From the sequence record NC_070882.1: DNA of 64,000 bases; one strand, 5' to 3'. Below the pieces are notes generated by a model. The model searched no databases and was not told the DNA's origin. It saw nothing but the letters and a program-made list of their open reading frames with translations. Each line of letters begins with the position of its first letter. The stretch's first letter is position 1. Position numbers and translations under genes: made by a program. Shown here one piece after another: positions 1 to 9,429 of this stretch.

Positions 1-255
1 AGTATCGGTCTTGGAATTGTTAGCCGAAAGCAATGGCTTGAACTCACTGATGATTCCCTGATTCTCAATAAACCAAATAAAGATCCGATTGTCATTCCCT
101 ATGACGCTATCTACGAGTTGAACATTCCTCTGGAATATGGCGAACAAGCAGAAAAAGAAGGTTGGATGTATTACAACCTTCTTGGGGAATCGATGTTCAT
201 GTATTTGGATACCGGTAAAGAAGAGAAACTTCAACTAGCTAAGGTAGAAGCCTGA
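1..255 (+). CDS. hypothetical protein, 5'-truncated by the window
   Basis: Frame 1 is open from base 1 to TGA at 253-255, which overlaps the next ATG. Confidence 0.75.
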   Translation, partial: SIGLGIVSRKQWLELTDDSLILNKPNKDPIVIPYDAIYELNIPLEYGEQAEKEGWMYYNLLGESMFMYLDTGKEEKLQLAKVEA

Positions 256-1079
256 TGGATCCACGACACCCAGTTAGCGATGAAATGCGCGCAACGGTAA
301 ACGCTGAACTTGACAGAATTGAGAGGAAGTACGGTGTAAAGATTATTTACGCTTGTGAGTCTGGTAGTCGTGGATGGGGCTTTGCTTCTACTAACAGTGA
401 CTACGATGTTCGTTTCATCTACGTTAACCATCCGAGTCATTACGTTCGTGTAGATAACGAAGGTCGTGACACTATCGAGGAGATGGTATCGAAGGAACTC
501 GATCTAGCTGGTTGGAACATCACCAAGACTCTACAGTTGGCTTACAAGTCCAACCCAACTCTGTTGGAATGGCTAAACTCTCCGATCGTCTATCGGAAGA
601 ATCAATGGGACTACGATCTGATTCGTTCCTATGCCATCAAGCACTTCATTCCTGAATCGAGCTTCATGCACTATATCTCCATGGCCAAACAAACCAAGAT
701 GCGATGGCTGTCGGATGATAAGGTTCGAATGAAGAAATACTTCTATGCTTTGCGTCCTCTACTTGCAGCATTGTGGGTAGAGACCAGTCATGAACATCCA
801 CCCATGGTGTTCCATGAATTGTTGCCTATTCTGTCTGATCCTACTCTGTACAAGCGTATCCAAGAATTGGTTAACGCTAAGGTTGGAGCTACTGAGCAGG
901 ATCTCGTTGACCGTTGCCCAGTTCTGGATCGGTTCATTGATTTCCATCTGGCTAAAGAGAAACCAAACTTCGGTGAATATGAACGCCCGGATATCTACAA
1001 GCTAAGTGAACTCGCCTGGCACTTCGTCGATCAATATAAATTCGATACGTTCCAGTTACTACACGGGAATCCAAAATGA
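255..1079 (+). CDS. RlaP/YcgL-like Pol-beta-superfamily nucleotidyltransferase
   Basis: ESGSRGWGFASTNSDYDVRFIY (GS...DxD) motif, plus LEWLNSPIVY and KKYFYALRPLLA family motifs. Confidence 0.85.
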   Translation: MDPRHPVSDEMRATVNAELDRIERKYGVKIIYACESGSRGWGFASTNSDYDVRFIYVNHPSHYVRVDNEGRDTIEEMVSKELDLAGWNITKTLQLAYKSNPTLLEWLNSPIVYRKNQWDYDLIRSYAIKHFIPESSFMHYISMAKQTKMRWLSDDKVRMKKYFYALRPLLAALWVETSHEHPPMVFHELLPILSDPTLYKRIQELVNAKVGATEQDLVDRCPVLDRFIDFHLAKEKPNFGEYERPDIYKLSELAWHFVDQYKFDTFQLLHGNPK

Positions 1080-1666
1080 GTGCATCTATTAATGCAGCTG
1101 AATTAGCAGCAATGGTAGGTCGTCATCCTGTTCAATATGGACAAGCGATTGAATGTACTGTGTCGTACAGACGTGAACCATACATTCCCATTACTCGTTG
1201 GGTAAAACTTCGGTGTGTGGTGTTGTATTTGATCTGCCTGACATTCTTGGGTGGAGCTGCGTATAACTCCTTTTTCTCGGATTACATTACCAAACGTAAG
1301 ACTGAAGTTGTTCTGACGTGGAAATGGGAAGAGTCTCACAAATATAAATCGGGTGTCTACACTGAGTTAATGGGGCGTTGGGAAGGGAAGATGAAAGGCG
1401 TGCCCTTCGTATACGAAACTAAACTCGGTAACTACACTTATCATCATGTTCCTGTTGGTACCGAATATCGGCTCGACATTGCGCCACGTGATGTCGATCA
1501 TGAGAACGATGCATGGGTTATTCTCAGTGCGATATGGCTGGCAGTCGCGATTATTCTTGGTGGGCCCGCTATGTGGTTCAGTGTAAAACCTTGGTTCGTT
1601 GATGCTGAACGCCGGAGGAAAGAGAAAGAATGTGCTATGAAAGAAGAATCATCCCACTCGCAATAA
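1076..1666 (+). CDS. membrane protein with 2 hydrophobic segments
   Basis: ATGA-coupled start; two TM-like stretches. Confidence 0.75.
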   Translation: MSASINAAELAAMVGRHPVQYGQAIECTVSYRREPYIPITRWVKLRCVVLYLICLTFLGGAAYNSFFSDYITKRKTEVVLTWKWEESHKYKSGVYTELMGRWEGKMKGVPFVYETKLGNYTYHHVPVGTEYRLDIAPRDVDHENDAWVILSAIWLAVAIILGGPAMWFSVKPWFVDAERRRKEKECAMKEESSHSQ

Positions 1667-2015
1667 GCTCTTATCCTCTTCCAGCATTCTTCTGGAATGA
1701 GCGGTGCCTCCGGGCACCAAAGCCCTTCATAGTTGATGGCTACTATCACCTATCACCCTATCGTAAGGTAAGACCAGGATTGATAGCTTTCCCTACTGGG
1801 TTCACCACAACACCGTCCTCTGTAAGAGATGTAATTGAGTCTCTTAATGGACATGTGCGTAATACAAATAAGGCTATTAACAATTTACTCAAAAGTCTTA
1901 TCTAATACGGACGAGCATGACACTACTCTACTTGTCCTTGGAATTCTGCGGTCCCGACCTTGGCACAACGTTAAATCGTTGAATTCCTAAACCTTAAATA
2001 CCTGGAGCGTCTACA

Positions 2016-4220
2016 ATGACTACTCAAAATTACGTTATGCTGAACGAACAAAATGAATTCCCAATTAAAGCTTGGGTTAAGGGTGTCCCCGTTGAGGCTG
2101 ATGCTAAACGTCAGCTGAAAAATATTTCGGGTCTCCCATTCATTTACAAGCATCTGGCTGTAATGCCTGATGTCCACCTCGGTACTGGTGCTACCATCGG
2201 TTCCGTAATCGCTACACGGGGTGCAATCATTCCGTCTGCGGTGGGGGTCGATATTGGATGCGTTGACAAGGAGACAGAATTCCTTTCTCCAAATGGATGG
2301 AAACGAATTGATGAATGGAATGGTGATTCAGTTCTCCAGTACGACAGGCTTACTGGTGAGGCTAGCTTCGTAGAACCTCTTGCTTACATCCGCAAACCGG
2401 CAGATAAGTTCTATCACCTGAAAACCAAATACGGTGTCGACCAAATGTTGTCACCTGATCACAAGGTCCTTTATCGCAAAACATCGCGTAATGGACCGAT
2501 GGCAGGTGAATTGGCGGATATCAGTGTAGAAGAGATTTTCACAAAACATTCCCTGAATGAACAGGGATGGTCTGGTCGATTCCTGACTACGTTCATACCT
2601 AAGCTCGATACATCACTCCCTCTGACGGATGAGCAACTGCGGGTTCAAGTTATGGTAATGGCTGACGGGCATTTTGATAATCGCCGCGATAATCTTCGGT
2701 GTAGCCTTCACTTCAGAAAAGAACGTAAAGTCAGTAGAGCGATCCAGCTTCTGGTGGATGCTGGAATTGACTACACCTACGATGTGAAAGAATGGGCTGA
2801 CGGAAAGACTTCGGTCATCGCATTCAATGCGCCCATACGCTGGAAGTCTTTGGGGATGTTCTGGGAAGCTAGTCATGAACAGCTCAAGATTATCGCTGAA
2901 GAGTGCCTGAAATGGGATGGTAGTGACGAACATAGTTGTTTCTATACTCGTGACAAGAGTGCAGCTGACTTCATTCAATATGCATTCACCGCCTGTGGTA
3001 CTCGTGCTCGTCTCCTGACGGATATTCGTGTCGATGGTTCTCGTGATTATCGGGTGTTTGCGAACTCCAATACCGAGGTGGGAATTAAGAGCGTTCCAAA
3101 AACCCCTATCGAGGTTGTAACTGGTCTTGATATGGAACAGTTCTGCTTCACCCTTCCGAAAGGTTACTGGGTAATGCGGCGGAACGGGTGCGTGGCAATC
3201 ACAGGTAACTGTGGAATGGCAGCTCAGTTGACTGATCTGACAGCTAACGACATGACCCGTGGCCTACAACATCTTCGTTATAGAATCGAATCTCGTATCC
3301 CCCATGGTCGTACTGACAATGGGGGACCTAACGATCGTGGTGCATGGAGTGACTTCAATAATGTCTATAAGAAACTTGAACCTGAGCTCCAAGTTCAGGT
3401 TAAGAAGCTTGAAGAGGAACTGAAGCTCATTGTAGCTAAACACCCCAAACTGGGTAAAGCAGCTAACCGTGCGTTCAACCATGCCGGTACCCTCGGTACC
3501 GGTAACCACTTCGTCGAAATCTGTCTGGATGAACAAGATCGAGTTTGGATCATGCTCCATTCGGGTTCTCGTGGGATCGGTAACGCTATTGGTCGGTACT
3601 TCATCGAGAAAGCAAAAGAGGAGATGCGGCTCTACCACATCAACCTGTCCGATCAGGACCTCGCTTATCTGCCGGAAGGTACCAAGTACTACAGCGATTA
3701 CATCGAAGCTGTACATTGGGCTCAGCGTTATGCAGCACTCAACCGTACCATCATGATGCGGGCGACCATTGAGGCTGTAGCTGATTACATGGGTCGTCCA
3801 ATCAATACCAGTCTCACTGCGGTCAACTGCCACCACAACTACGTGTCGTTCGAGAATCACTTCGGTGCGAAAGTATCCGTTACTCGTAAAGGTGCTGTAC
3901 GGGCAGATGAAGGCATGTATGGTATTATCCCTGGATCGATGGGTGCAAAGAGCTTCATCGTGAAAGGTAAAGGGAACCGCGAGTCCTTCTGTTCGTGTTC
4001 GCACGGAGCAGGACGTGTCATGTCCCGAACCCAAGCCGCTAAGACCTTTACTCTTGCTGATCATGCTCGTGATACTGCCGGTATAGAATGCCGGAAAGAC
4101 ATTGACGTAATCGACGAGACTCCAAAGGCTTATAAGAACATCGAAGACGTAATGGCTGCTCAGGATGACCTCATTGAGATCGTCCACACCCTGCGTCAGA
4201 TTGTTTGCGTCAAGGGCTAA
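2016..4220 (+). CDS. rtcB: RtcB RNA ligase (3'-P/2',3'-cyclic-P to 5'-OH), interrupted by an intein
   Basis: MPDVHLG, VGVDIG/CG, LGTLGTGNHFVE, MLHSGSRGIG, NCHHNY, RKGA, PGSMG, SCSHGAGR, DETPKAYK motifs. Confidence 0.96.
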   Translation: MTTQNYVMLNEQNEFPIKAWVKGVPVEADAKRQLKNISGLPFIYKHLAVMPDVHLGTGATIGSVIATRGAIIPSAVGVDIGCVDKETEFLSPNGWKRIDEWNGDSVLQYDRLTGEASFVEPLAYIRKPADKFYHLKTKYGVDQMLSPDHKVLYRKTSRNGPMAGELADISVEEIFTKHSLNEQGWSGRFLTTFIPKLDTSLPLTDEQLRVQVMVMADGHFDNRRDNLRCSLHFRKERKVSRAIQLLVDAGIDYTYDVKEWADGKTSVIAFNAPIRWKSLGMFWEASHEQLKIIAEECLKWDGSDEHSCFYTRDKSAADFIQYAFTACGTRARLLTDIRVDGSRDYRVFANSNTEVGIKSVPKTPIEVVTGLDMEQFCFTLPKGYWVMRRNGCVAITGNCGMAAQLTDLTANDMTRGLQHLRYRIESRIPHGRTDNGGPNDRGAWSDFNNVYKKLEPELQVQVKKLEEELKLIVAKHPKLGKAANRAFNHAGTLGTGNHFVEICLDEQDRVWIMLHSGSRGIGNAIGRYFIEKAKEEMRLYHINLSDQDLAYLPEGTKYYSDYIEAVHWAQRYAALNRTIMMRATIEAVADYMGRPINTSLTAVNCHHNYVSFENHFGAKVSVTRKGAVRADEGMYGIIPGSMGAKSFIVKGKGNRESFCSCSHGAGRVMSRTQAAKTFTLADHARDTAGIECRKDIDVIDETPKAYKNIEDVMAAQDDLIEIVHTLRQIVCVKG
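2259..3209 (+). mobile_element. 317-aa intein with LAGLIDADG-type homing endonuclease region
   Basis: Starts CVDKETEFLSPNGWK, block B SPDHK, blocks VMVMADGHF and CLKWDGS, ends CVAITGN followed by a +1 Cys; excision restores GVDIG-CG. Confidence 0.93.
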
Positions 4221-4227
4221 CCCGAAC

Positions 4228-4243
4228 GGGGACTTCGGTCCCC
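4228..4243 (+). terminator. GC hairpin with TTCG loop
   Basis: ggggac-ttcg-gtcccc directly after the rtcB stop. Confidence 0.6.
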
Positions 4244-4267
4244 ATAACTTTCCTAAAGGAAAAATAA

Positions 4268-5155
4268 ATGATTCGAATTACTCAGCTTCACGGTAACGGC
4301 CTGGCAGATCACTACGATTGTCAGCCCTTTAAATTCCCTGGCGGTGAGATCGGTATCAAGATCCCTCTGAAAGATCACAGAAAGAAAGGTGAACAATTCA
4401 TAGTCAATGCTTGGCTTCGTAATAGTGATGACATCATGGAACTGTTCCTGGTGTTCGATGCTATTCGTCGTCAACGTATTCGTCCTGAAATGCACCTGGT
4501 TATTGGTTATCTGCCGTATGCACGACAAGATCGTGTTTGCGATGAAGGTGAACCTTTGTCGATCAGTGTGATGACTAGCTTGATCAACGCATTGGATGCT
4601 ACATCCGTGTGTTTGTACGATCCGCACAGCAATGTGTCGCTACCGCTCATCAACAACTGTCGCGAAATCACCCAAGCTGATATTATCAAGAGCTGGGTAT
4701 GTGTAGAAGGACAACTTCTGGAAACTCCACAAGAATGGTGGTTGGTTGCCCCTGATGAAGGTGCACGTAAAAAGATCGAAGCCATTGCAAAAGAGATCGG
4801 TGCTGCTGGTGTACTCTACGCTTGCAAGAACCGTGAACTGTCGACTGGTAAGATCACCCATACGTCTTTGTTGAATGCCCATGATGTTCCTCGATTAGCA
4901 AAGCTTTTGGTTATCGATGACATCTGTGATGGTGGCCGCACGTTCATTGAACTTGCTAAGGTTATCCACGAACAGTGCATCGTAGATCAACTGGGTCTGT
5001 TTGTAACCCATGGTATTTTCTCCAAGGGTTTCGACGAGCTGAACGAATACTACGACTATATCCAGACCACTAACACCTATCATCCTAACGCCGTAAATGA
5101 TTATCGGCATGATGGTGTACGTGACCCGAAATTCTTCTCCCATTCTGTTTTCTAA
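4268..5155 (+). CDS. ribose-phosphate pyrophosphokinase-like protein (probable Adps of NARP1)
   Basis: FPGGE, YLPYARQDR, DPHS, APDEGA, IDDICDGGRTF, VTHGIFSKG; adjacent to a Nampt-like gene. Confidence 0.88.
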   Translation: MIRITQLHGNGLADHYDCQPFKFPGGEIGIKIPLKDHRKKGEQFIVNAWLRNSDDIMELFLVFDAIRRQRIRPEMHLVIGYLPYARQDRVCDEGEPLSISVMTSLINALDATSVCLYDPHSNVSLPLINNCREITQADIIKSWVCVEGQLLETPQEWWLVAPDEGARKKIEAIAKEIGAAGVLYACKNRELSTGKITHTSLLNAHDVPRLAKLLVIDDICDGGRTFIELAKVIHEQCIVDQLGLFVTHGIFSKGFDELNEYYDYIQTTNTYHPNAVNDYRHDGVRDPKFFSHSVF

Positions 5156-5171
5156 TCCGAGGATCAAAAAT

Positions 5172-6938
5172 ATGTCTAATGCTCTCTATGCTGCAACTGC
5201 TACTGACTGCTACAAACCCGGTCATGGTGCTCTGTACCCGAAAGGTACTGAACGTAAATATGCTAACTTCACCCCGCGCTCTGCTAAGCAGTTCCTGCGG
5301 TCGAAGTCTTGCTCTGCGTTCTACGATAACAAAGTCGTTAACTTCGGGTTGCAAGGTACTTGGCACGAACTGGTAGAACTGTGGGATCGCACCTTCTTCA
5401 ATCTGCCTCGTGAAATTGCCGTCAAACGTGCACAACGTCGTTTCGACAACATGTGCGGTAAAGGCGTAATCAAACATGAGTGTCTGTACAAACTACATGA
5501 ACTGGGTTACCTGCCTCTGACTGTACTGGCTATTGATGAAGGTGAACGTGTTAACATTGGTGTTCCAACTTTCGTAGTTTACAACAGTCTGGATGACGAT
5601 GATCATTACTGGCTGGTGAACTATCTGGAAACCATCGTTAGTTCGTACAACTGGAAAATGATTTGCAACGCAACCATCGCTGCTGAATACCAACGTGTAT
5701 TGAACCATTATGCTGACCGTACTTGCGATAACCGTGAGCACGTTAAGTTCCAAGCACATGATTTCAGCTTCCGTGGTATGAGTGGCCCTGAAGATGCAAT
5801 GCGTTCTGGCTCGGCTCACCTGACTAGCTTCGCTGGTACTGATACCATCCCGGCACTTGATTACGCTGAGATGTATTACGGTGCTAATAGCGATACTGAA
5901 CTGTTGGGTGCTTCGGTTACTGCAACCGAACACGCTGTAGCCACTACCAACATCCTGTACCGTTTGCAAATGAAGGTCAACTTCCTCAAAGAGGAAGGTA
6001 CTGTGATCACTCCGGAACTACATGACAAACTGCGACTGGAAGCTGAACGTGACTACATTCTGGAGATCATTCTTCAGAAAGTTCCGGAAGGCATCATCTC
6101 GCTGGTCTGTGATTCCTTCGACTTCTGGGGTGTTATCTCTGATGTTCTCCCGAGCATCCGTGCAGAAATCGAAAGTCGTCTGAAGAATGAACTTGGCCTT
6201 GCCAGGGTTGTTGTTCGTCCTGACTCCGGTGATCCGGTTAAAGTTATTACTGGCTATATGGCTTACCCGACTGAGTTTGCAGATCGCGCTGATTTCGAGA
6301 AGCACATCGGTGAACTGGGGTCCATTGAGTTCAGTGGCTACGAAGTTGTACGTATCGCAGGCGAATACTACGAGATCAATCACATTGCTTCGTCGCTTTC
6401 CGATTTCCTGTCTGAAAAGACTATCCCGGAAGTTGAAGTACGTGGTGTGATTGAAGTCCTGTGGGATTCCTTTGGCGGTACTGTTAACGGTAAGGGCTTC
6501 AAGTGCCTGAACGAGTACGTCGGTTTGATCTATGGTGACTCGATCACTGTGGAGCGTACTGAGCAGATCATGTCTCGCTTGGAACGTAAAGGCTACGCCT
6601 CCAGCAACGTCGTTCTCGGTATTGGTAGCTACACCTATCAGTACAACACTCGCGATACGTTCGGTATGGCCGTTAAAGCCACCGCTGTTCAGATCGATGA
6701 GGAATTCGTAGAACTGTATAAAGATCCAAAAGCTGCATCTAGTAAGAAGTCTGCAAAAGGTTTCCTTCGTGTAATTAAAGATGAAGAAGGTAACTTCGTT
6801 CTTGAACAAGAAGCCGATCTTTCTTGGGCGACTCTGGAAACAGAATCCGGTGAATTGAAGCTATTCTTTAAGAATGGTGAATTCTACAAGAACGACACGA
6901 TGGCAAAAATCCGGGAACGGATTGCGACCTCTCTGTAA
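5172..6938 (+). CDS. nicotinamide phosphoribosyltransferase-like protein (probable Namat of NARP1)
   Basis: TDCYK, HDFSFRG, HLTSFAGTDT, ATEH, SLVCDSFD, VVRPDSGDP, LIYGDSIT, FGMAVKAT, KKSAKG; start moved to ATG 5172. Confidence 0.9.
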   Translation: MSNALYAATATDCYKPGHGALYPKGTERKYANFTPRSAKQFLRSKSCSAFYDNKVVNFGLQGTWHELVELWDRTFFNLPREIAVKRAQRRFDNMCGKGVIKHECLYKLHELGYLPLTVLAIDEGERVNIGVPTFVVYNSLDDDDHYWLVNYLETIVSSYNWKMICNATIAAEYQRVLNHYADRTCDNREHVKFQAHDFSFRGMSGPEDAMRSGSAHLTSFAGTDTIPALDYAEMYYGANSDTELLGASVTATEHAVATTNILYRLQMKVNFLKEEGTVITPELHDKLRLEAERDYILEIILQKVPEGIISLVCDSFDFWGVISDVLPSIRAEIESRLKNELGLARVVVRPDSGDPVKVITGYMAYPTEFADRADFEKHIGELGSIEFSGYEVVRIAGEYYEINHIASSLSDFLSEKTIPEVEVRGVIEVLWDSFGGTVNGKGFKCLNEYVGLIYGDSITVERTEQIMSRLERKGYASSNVVLGIGSYTYQYNTRDTFGMAVKATAVQIDEEFVELYKDPKAASSKKSAKGFLRVIKDEEGNFVLEQEADLSWATLETESGELKLFFKNGEFYKNDTMAKIRERIATSL

Positions 6939-6990
6939 TAGACATGGGGAGCTTCGGCTCCCCTTTATGTCATAAAAAAGATTTCAAATC

Positions 6991-6998
6991 TATATTAC
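6991..6998 (+). promoter_or_regulatory. phiKZ-type early promoter motif TATATTAC
   Basis: Exact motif with AT-rich upstream sequence, between a hairpin and an RBS. Confidence 0.7.
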
Positions 6999-7027
6999 TC
7001 TCTTGTATCCACAACGAGGTAACTGCA

Positions 7028-7426
7028 ATGTCGAATAAAGACCGTTTAGATGAAAAGAAAGAATGGCAAGAATCGAACCCAGTTCTCAATGAGTTCTGCT
7101 GGACTGTAAGTCGTACCATGGGCGACGTAGCACGTACCAGTGACGACCGTACTCCCATTGTCGATATCCCTGCTGGAAAGACTTATGAAATCACTACCAA
7201 CCAGGAGAACGATATTTATAATGTCGGTCTTGAAACTGGTATGGTGAACTTCGTTGATCACCTACGCGAGAATGGTTACAAGATCATCTCGCCGGTAAGT
7301 GGGCATCCTGTCCCATTTGAGCAAGCTGTAACCTTGGTAAATAGCACAGAGCAGGTCGTACAAGAACTACCTGGTAAGTCTTTCGTTGAAACCTTCTATG
7401 ATTATAACTGGGGTGTGAATACATGA
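7028..7426 (+). CDS. hypothetical protein
   Basis: RBS GAGGT before ATG 7028. Confidence 0.75.
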   Translation: MSNKDRLDEKKEWQESNPVLNEFCWTVSRTMGDVARTSDDRTPIVDIPAGKTYEITTNQENDIYNVGLETGMVNFVDHLRENGYKIISPVSGHPVPFEQAVTLVNSTEQVVQELPGKSFVETFYDYNWGVNT

Positions 7427-7629
7427 TTGCAGCGCCGCCGTCACCGGGTAAAGTAACGATAGATGGTTTACGTCGAACGTTGTCAGATCAGATTGAAGCT
7501 GAAATTTCATTGGCTTGTCGTGAAATTGAACTGACAGACATTCGTTATGTAGATCAAAAAGAAATACTCGAAATAGTGCGGCGGTTCCGTAATGACGTTC
7601 GCACAACCATCACTGATAAAGGTAAATAA
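7423..7629 (+). CDS. hypothetical protein
   Basis: ATGA-coupled to the previous gene. Confidence 0.7.
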   Translation: MIAAPPSPGKVTIDGLRRTLSDQIEAEISLACREIELTDIRYVDQKEILEIVRRFRNDVRTTITDKGK

Positions 7630-7630
7630 A

Positions 7631-8986
7631 ATGACGATTGAAATGGATGAATTGAAACCGATCCGCGAAGGTTTTGGTGTAGTAGAAGAAACTCGTAAGC
7701 TTGCACGCATTGTTGAGATCGATGATGTTGTGAAACACCCTAATGCCGATGCTCTGGAATTGGCTATTGTTGGTGGTTGGCAACTTTGTGTAAAGATGGG
7801 CGAATATAAGAAAGGTGATCGCGCTATTTACTGCGAGATTGATTCTCTTCTTCCTCTGGATAACGTTAAGCTCTTCGGTTTTCTTGAGAGCCGTCGGTCC
7901 GACAATCGGCGTGTAGACGGTAAAAACTATCATCGTTTGAAAACTATCAAGCTTCGTAAAGAGCTCTCTCAAGGACTACTGGTTCCGATTCCCGATGAGT
8001 TCAAAGATGAACCCGTTGATACTAACCTGACCCTGAAGCTGGGTATCCTTAAGTACGAGTCTGCTCCTCCGATGGTATCGAAGGCTCATGCAGCACGTAA
8101 CGCTCCGTGGATCGTTAAGCTTGGTGCCAAGCTGATTGGTAATCTGGGTGGCGCTCTGAAACCGTGGCCTGAGATGCTAACTAAGTCCGATCAAGACCGC
8201 ATTCAGAATAAGACCGTTGCGTTTTATAACCTGAAAGAAGACGGTGATGACATGGAAGTTACCTATAAGCTGGATGGTAGCTCCATGACCGTATTCTGTG
8301 TCGATGACAAAGGCATTCGTACTGGCGTTTGTTCGCGGAACTACGAACTCGGAATGGGTGGCGAGAAGTGGGGATTCATCCAGCAGCTTCGGTATTGGGT
8401 TGGTAACTTCCTTATCCGTAACCGTAATCTGTTCCGTAAGAAGACCTGGGTTACTCCAGAAGGTAAACTTCGTAATGGTATTATTCTGCCCCTTTGGACG
8501 AAAGGTACCGCTATCGAAGACAATAACTTCGTACGTGTAACTAACCAACAACAGATCATCGAACGTCTTCTCAAGTTCCACAAGAACACCGGTCGCTTCA
8601 TTTCTGTACAAGGGGAACTGATTGGACCATCTATTCAAGATAACTTTGAAGAAGTGGCTGATTACGATTATTACATCTTCAACGTGTATGAGGATGGTAA
8701 TCGTGAACTCCTGCCGGCCGAAGCACGAGCTGTTGTAAAAGACCTTGGTCTGAATTATGTTCCCGTGCTTGACCAGTGCTGGAAACCTTCTAAGGAAATG
8801 TCTGTTAAAGATGTTCTCGCTATGGCTGAAGGTCCATCTGCATTTAAGAACAAGCGCGGATACCGGGAAGGTCTGGTATTTAAGTCCAACCAACGTGTAC
8901 TATCTTGGAAGGCTATCAGTAACGCATATCTTCTCAAGAAAGCAAAAGAAGAAGAGAAAGCAGCTGCTAAAGAAGACGCTGTATAA
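7631..8986 (+). CDS. ATP-dependent RNA ligase, DRB0094-like family
   Basis: N-terminal HPNADALELAIVGGW module; motifs TYKLDGSS (I), QGELIG (III), EGLVFK (IV), WKAISN (V). Confidence 0.9.
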   Translation: MTIEMDELKPIREGFGVVEETRKLARIVEIDDVVKHPNADALELAIVGGWQLCVKMGEYKKGDRAIYCEIDSLLPLDNVKLFGFLESRRSDNRRVDGKNYHRLKTIKLRKELSQGLLVPIPDEFKDEPVDTNLTLKLGILKYESAPPMVSKAHAARNAPWIVKLGAKLIGNLGGALKPWPEMLTKSDQDRIQNKTVAFYNLKEDGDDMEVTYKLDGSSMTVFCVDDKGIRTGVCSRNYELGMGGEKWGFIQQLRYWVGNFLIRNRNLFRKKTWVTPEGKLRNGIILPLWTKGTAIEDNNFVRVTNQQQIIERLLKFHKNTGRFISVQGELIGPSIQDNFEEVADYDYYIFNVYEDGNRELLPAEARAVVKDLGLNYVPVLDQCWKPSKEMSVKDVLAMAEGPSAFKNKRGYREGLVFKSNQRVLSWKAISNAYLLKKAKEEEKAAAKEDAV

Positions 8987-9042
8987 CGACATAAAAGGGG
9001 GTTCTAACCCCCTTTTTTATTTTTTGTCAAGAAGGTGAATAT

Positions 9043-9429
9043 ATGTCGCATGCTCTAAAGTACCTGACGCGTAATCTGGATAGTGAAGAACTATACCTGT
9101 TGTTGAACTGGAAAACCGATAAGGTTCTCTCACCTATTCTTCAAAAAGTCGGTATTCTATCCGAAGAAATGGGTGAAGAGGGTCGTCGCGTTTACTACAA
9201 GTTTGACAATGCTATTTGGAAACTTTGTCGAATTATCCGGGCTGAATATAATCTCCCGGATTTTCAAGAAGACCTTATCAGCGTTGTTCGAAATTACTTC
9301 AAGTTTACTTGGCGCGATGATAAGTTCAATATTGTTATTTTCGAAGAACCTGGATATGCTCGTGTAGAGTATAGTACTTCACTTGACGTAATGGACATCT
9401 TCCATGAAGGTAAACCTCGTCGGCTCTAA
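9043..9429 (+). CDS. hypothetical protein
   Basis: RBS AAGGTG; first gene after a hairpin. Confidence 0.7.
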   Translation: MSHALKYLTRNLDSEELYLLLNWKTDKVLSPILQKVGILSEEMGEEGRRVYYKFDNAIWKLCRIIRAEYNLPDFQEDLISVVRNYFKFTWRDDKFNIVIFEEPGYARVEYSTSLDVMDIFHEGKPRRL

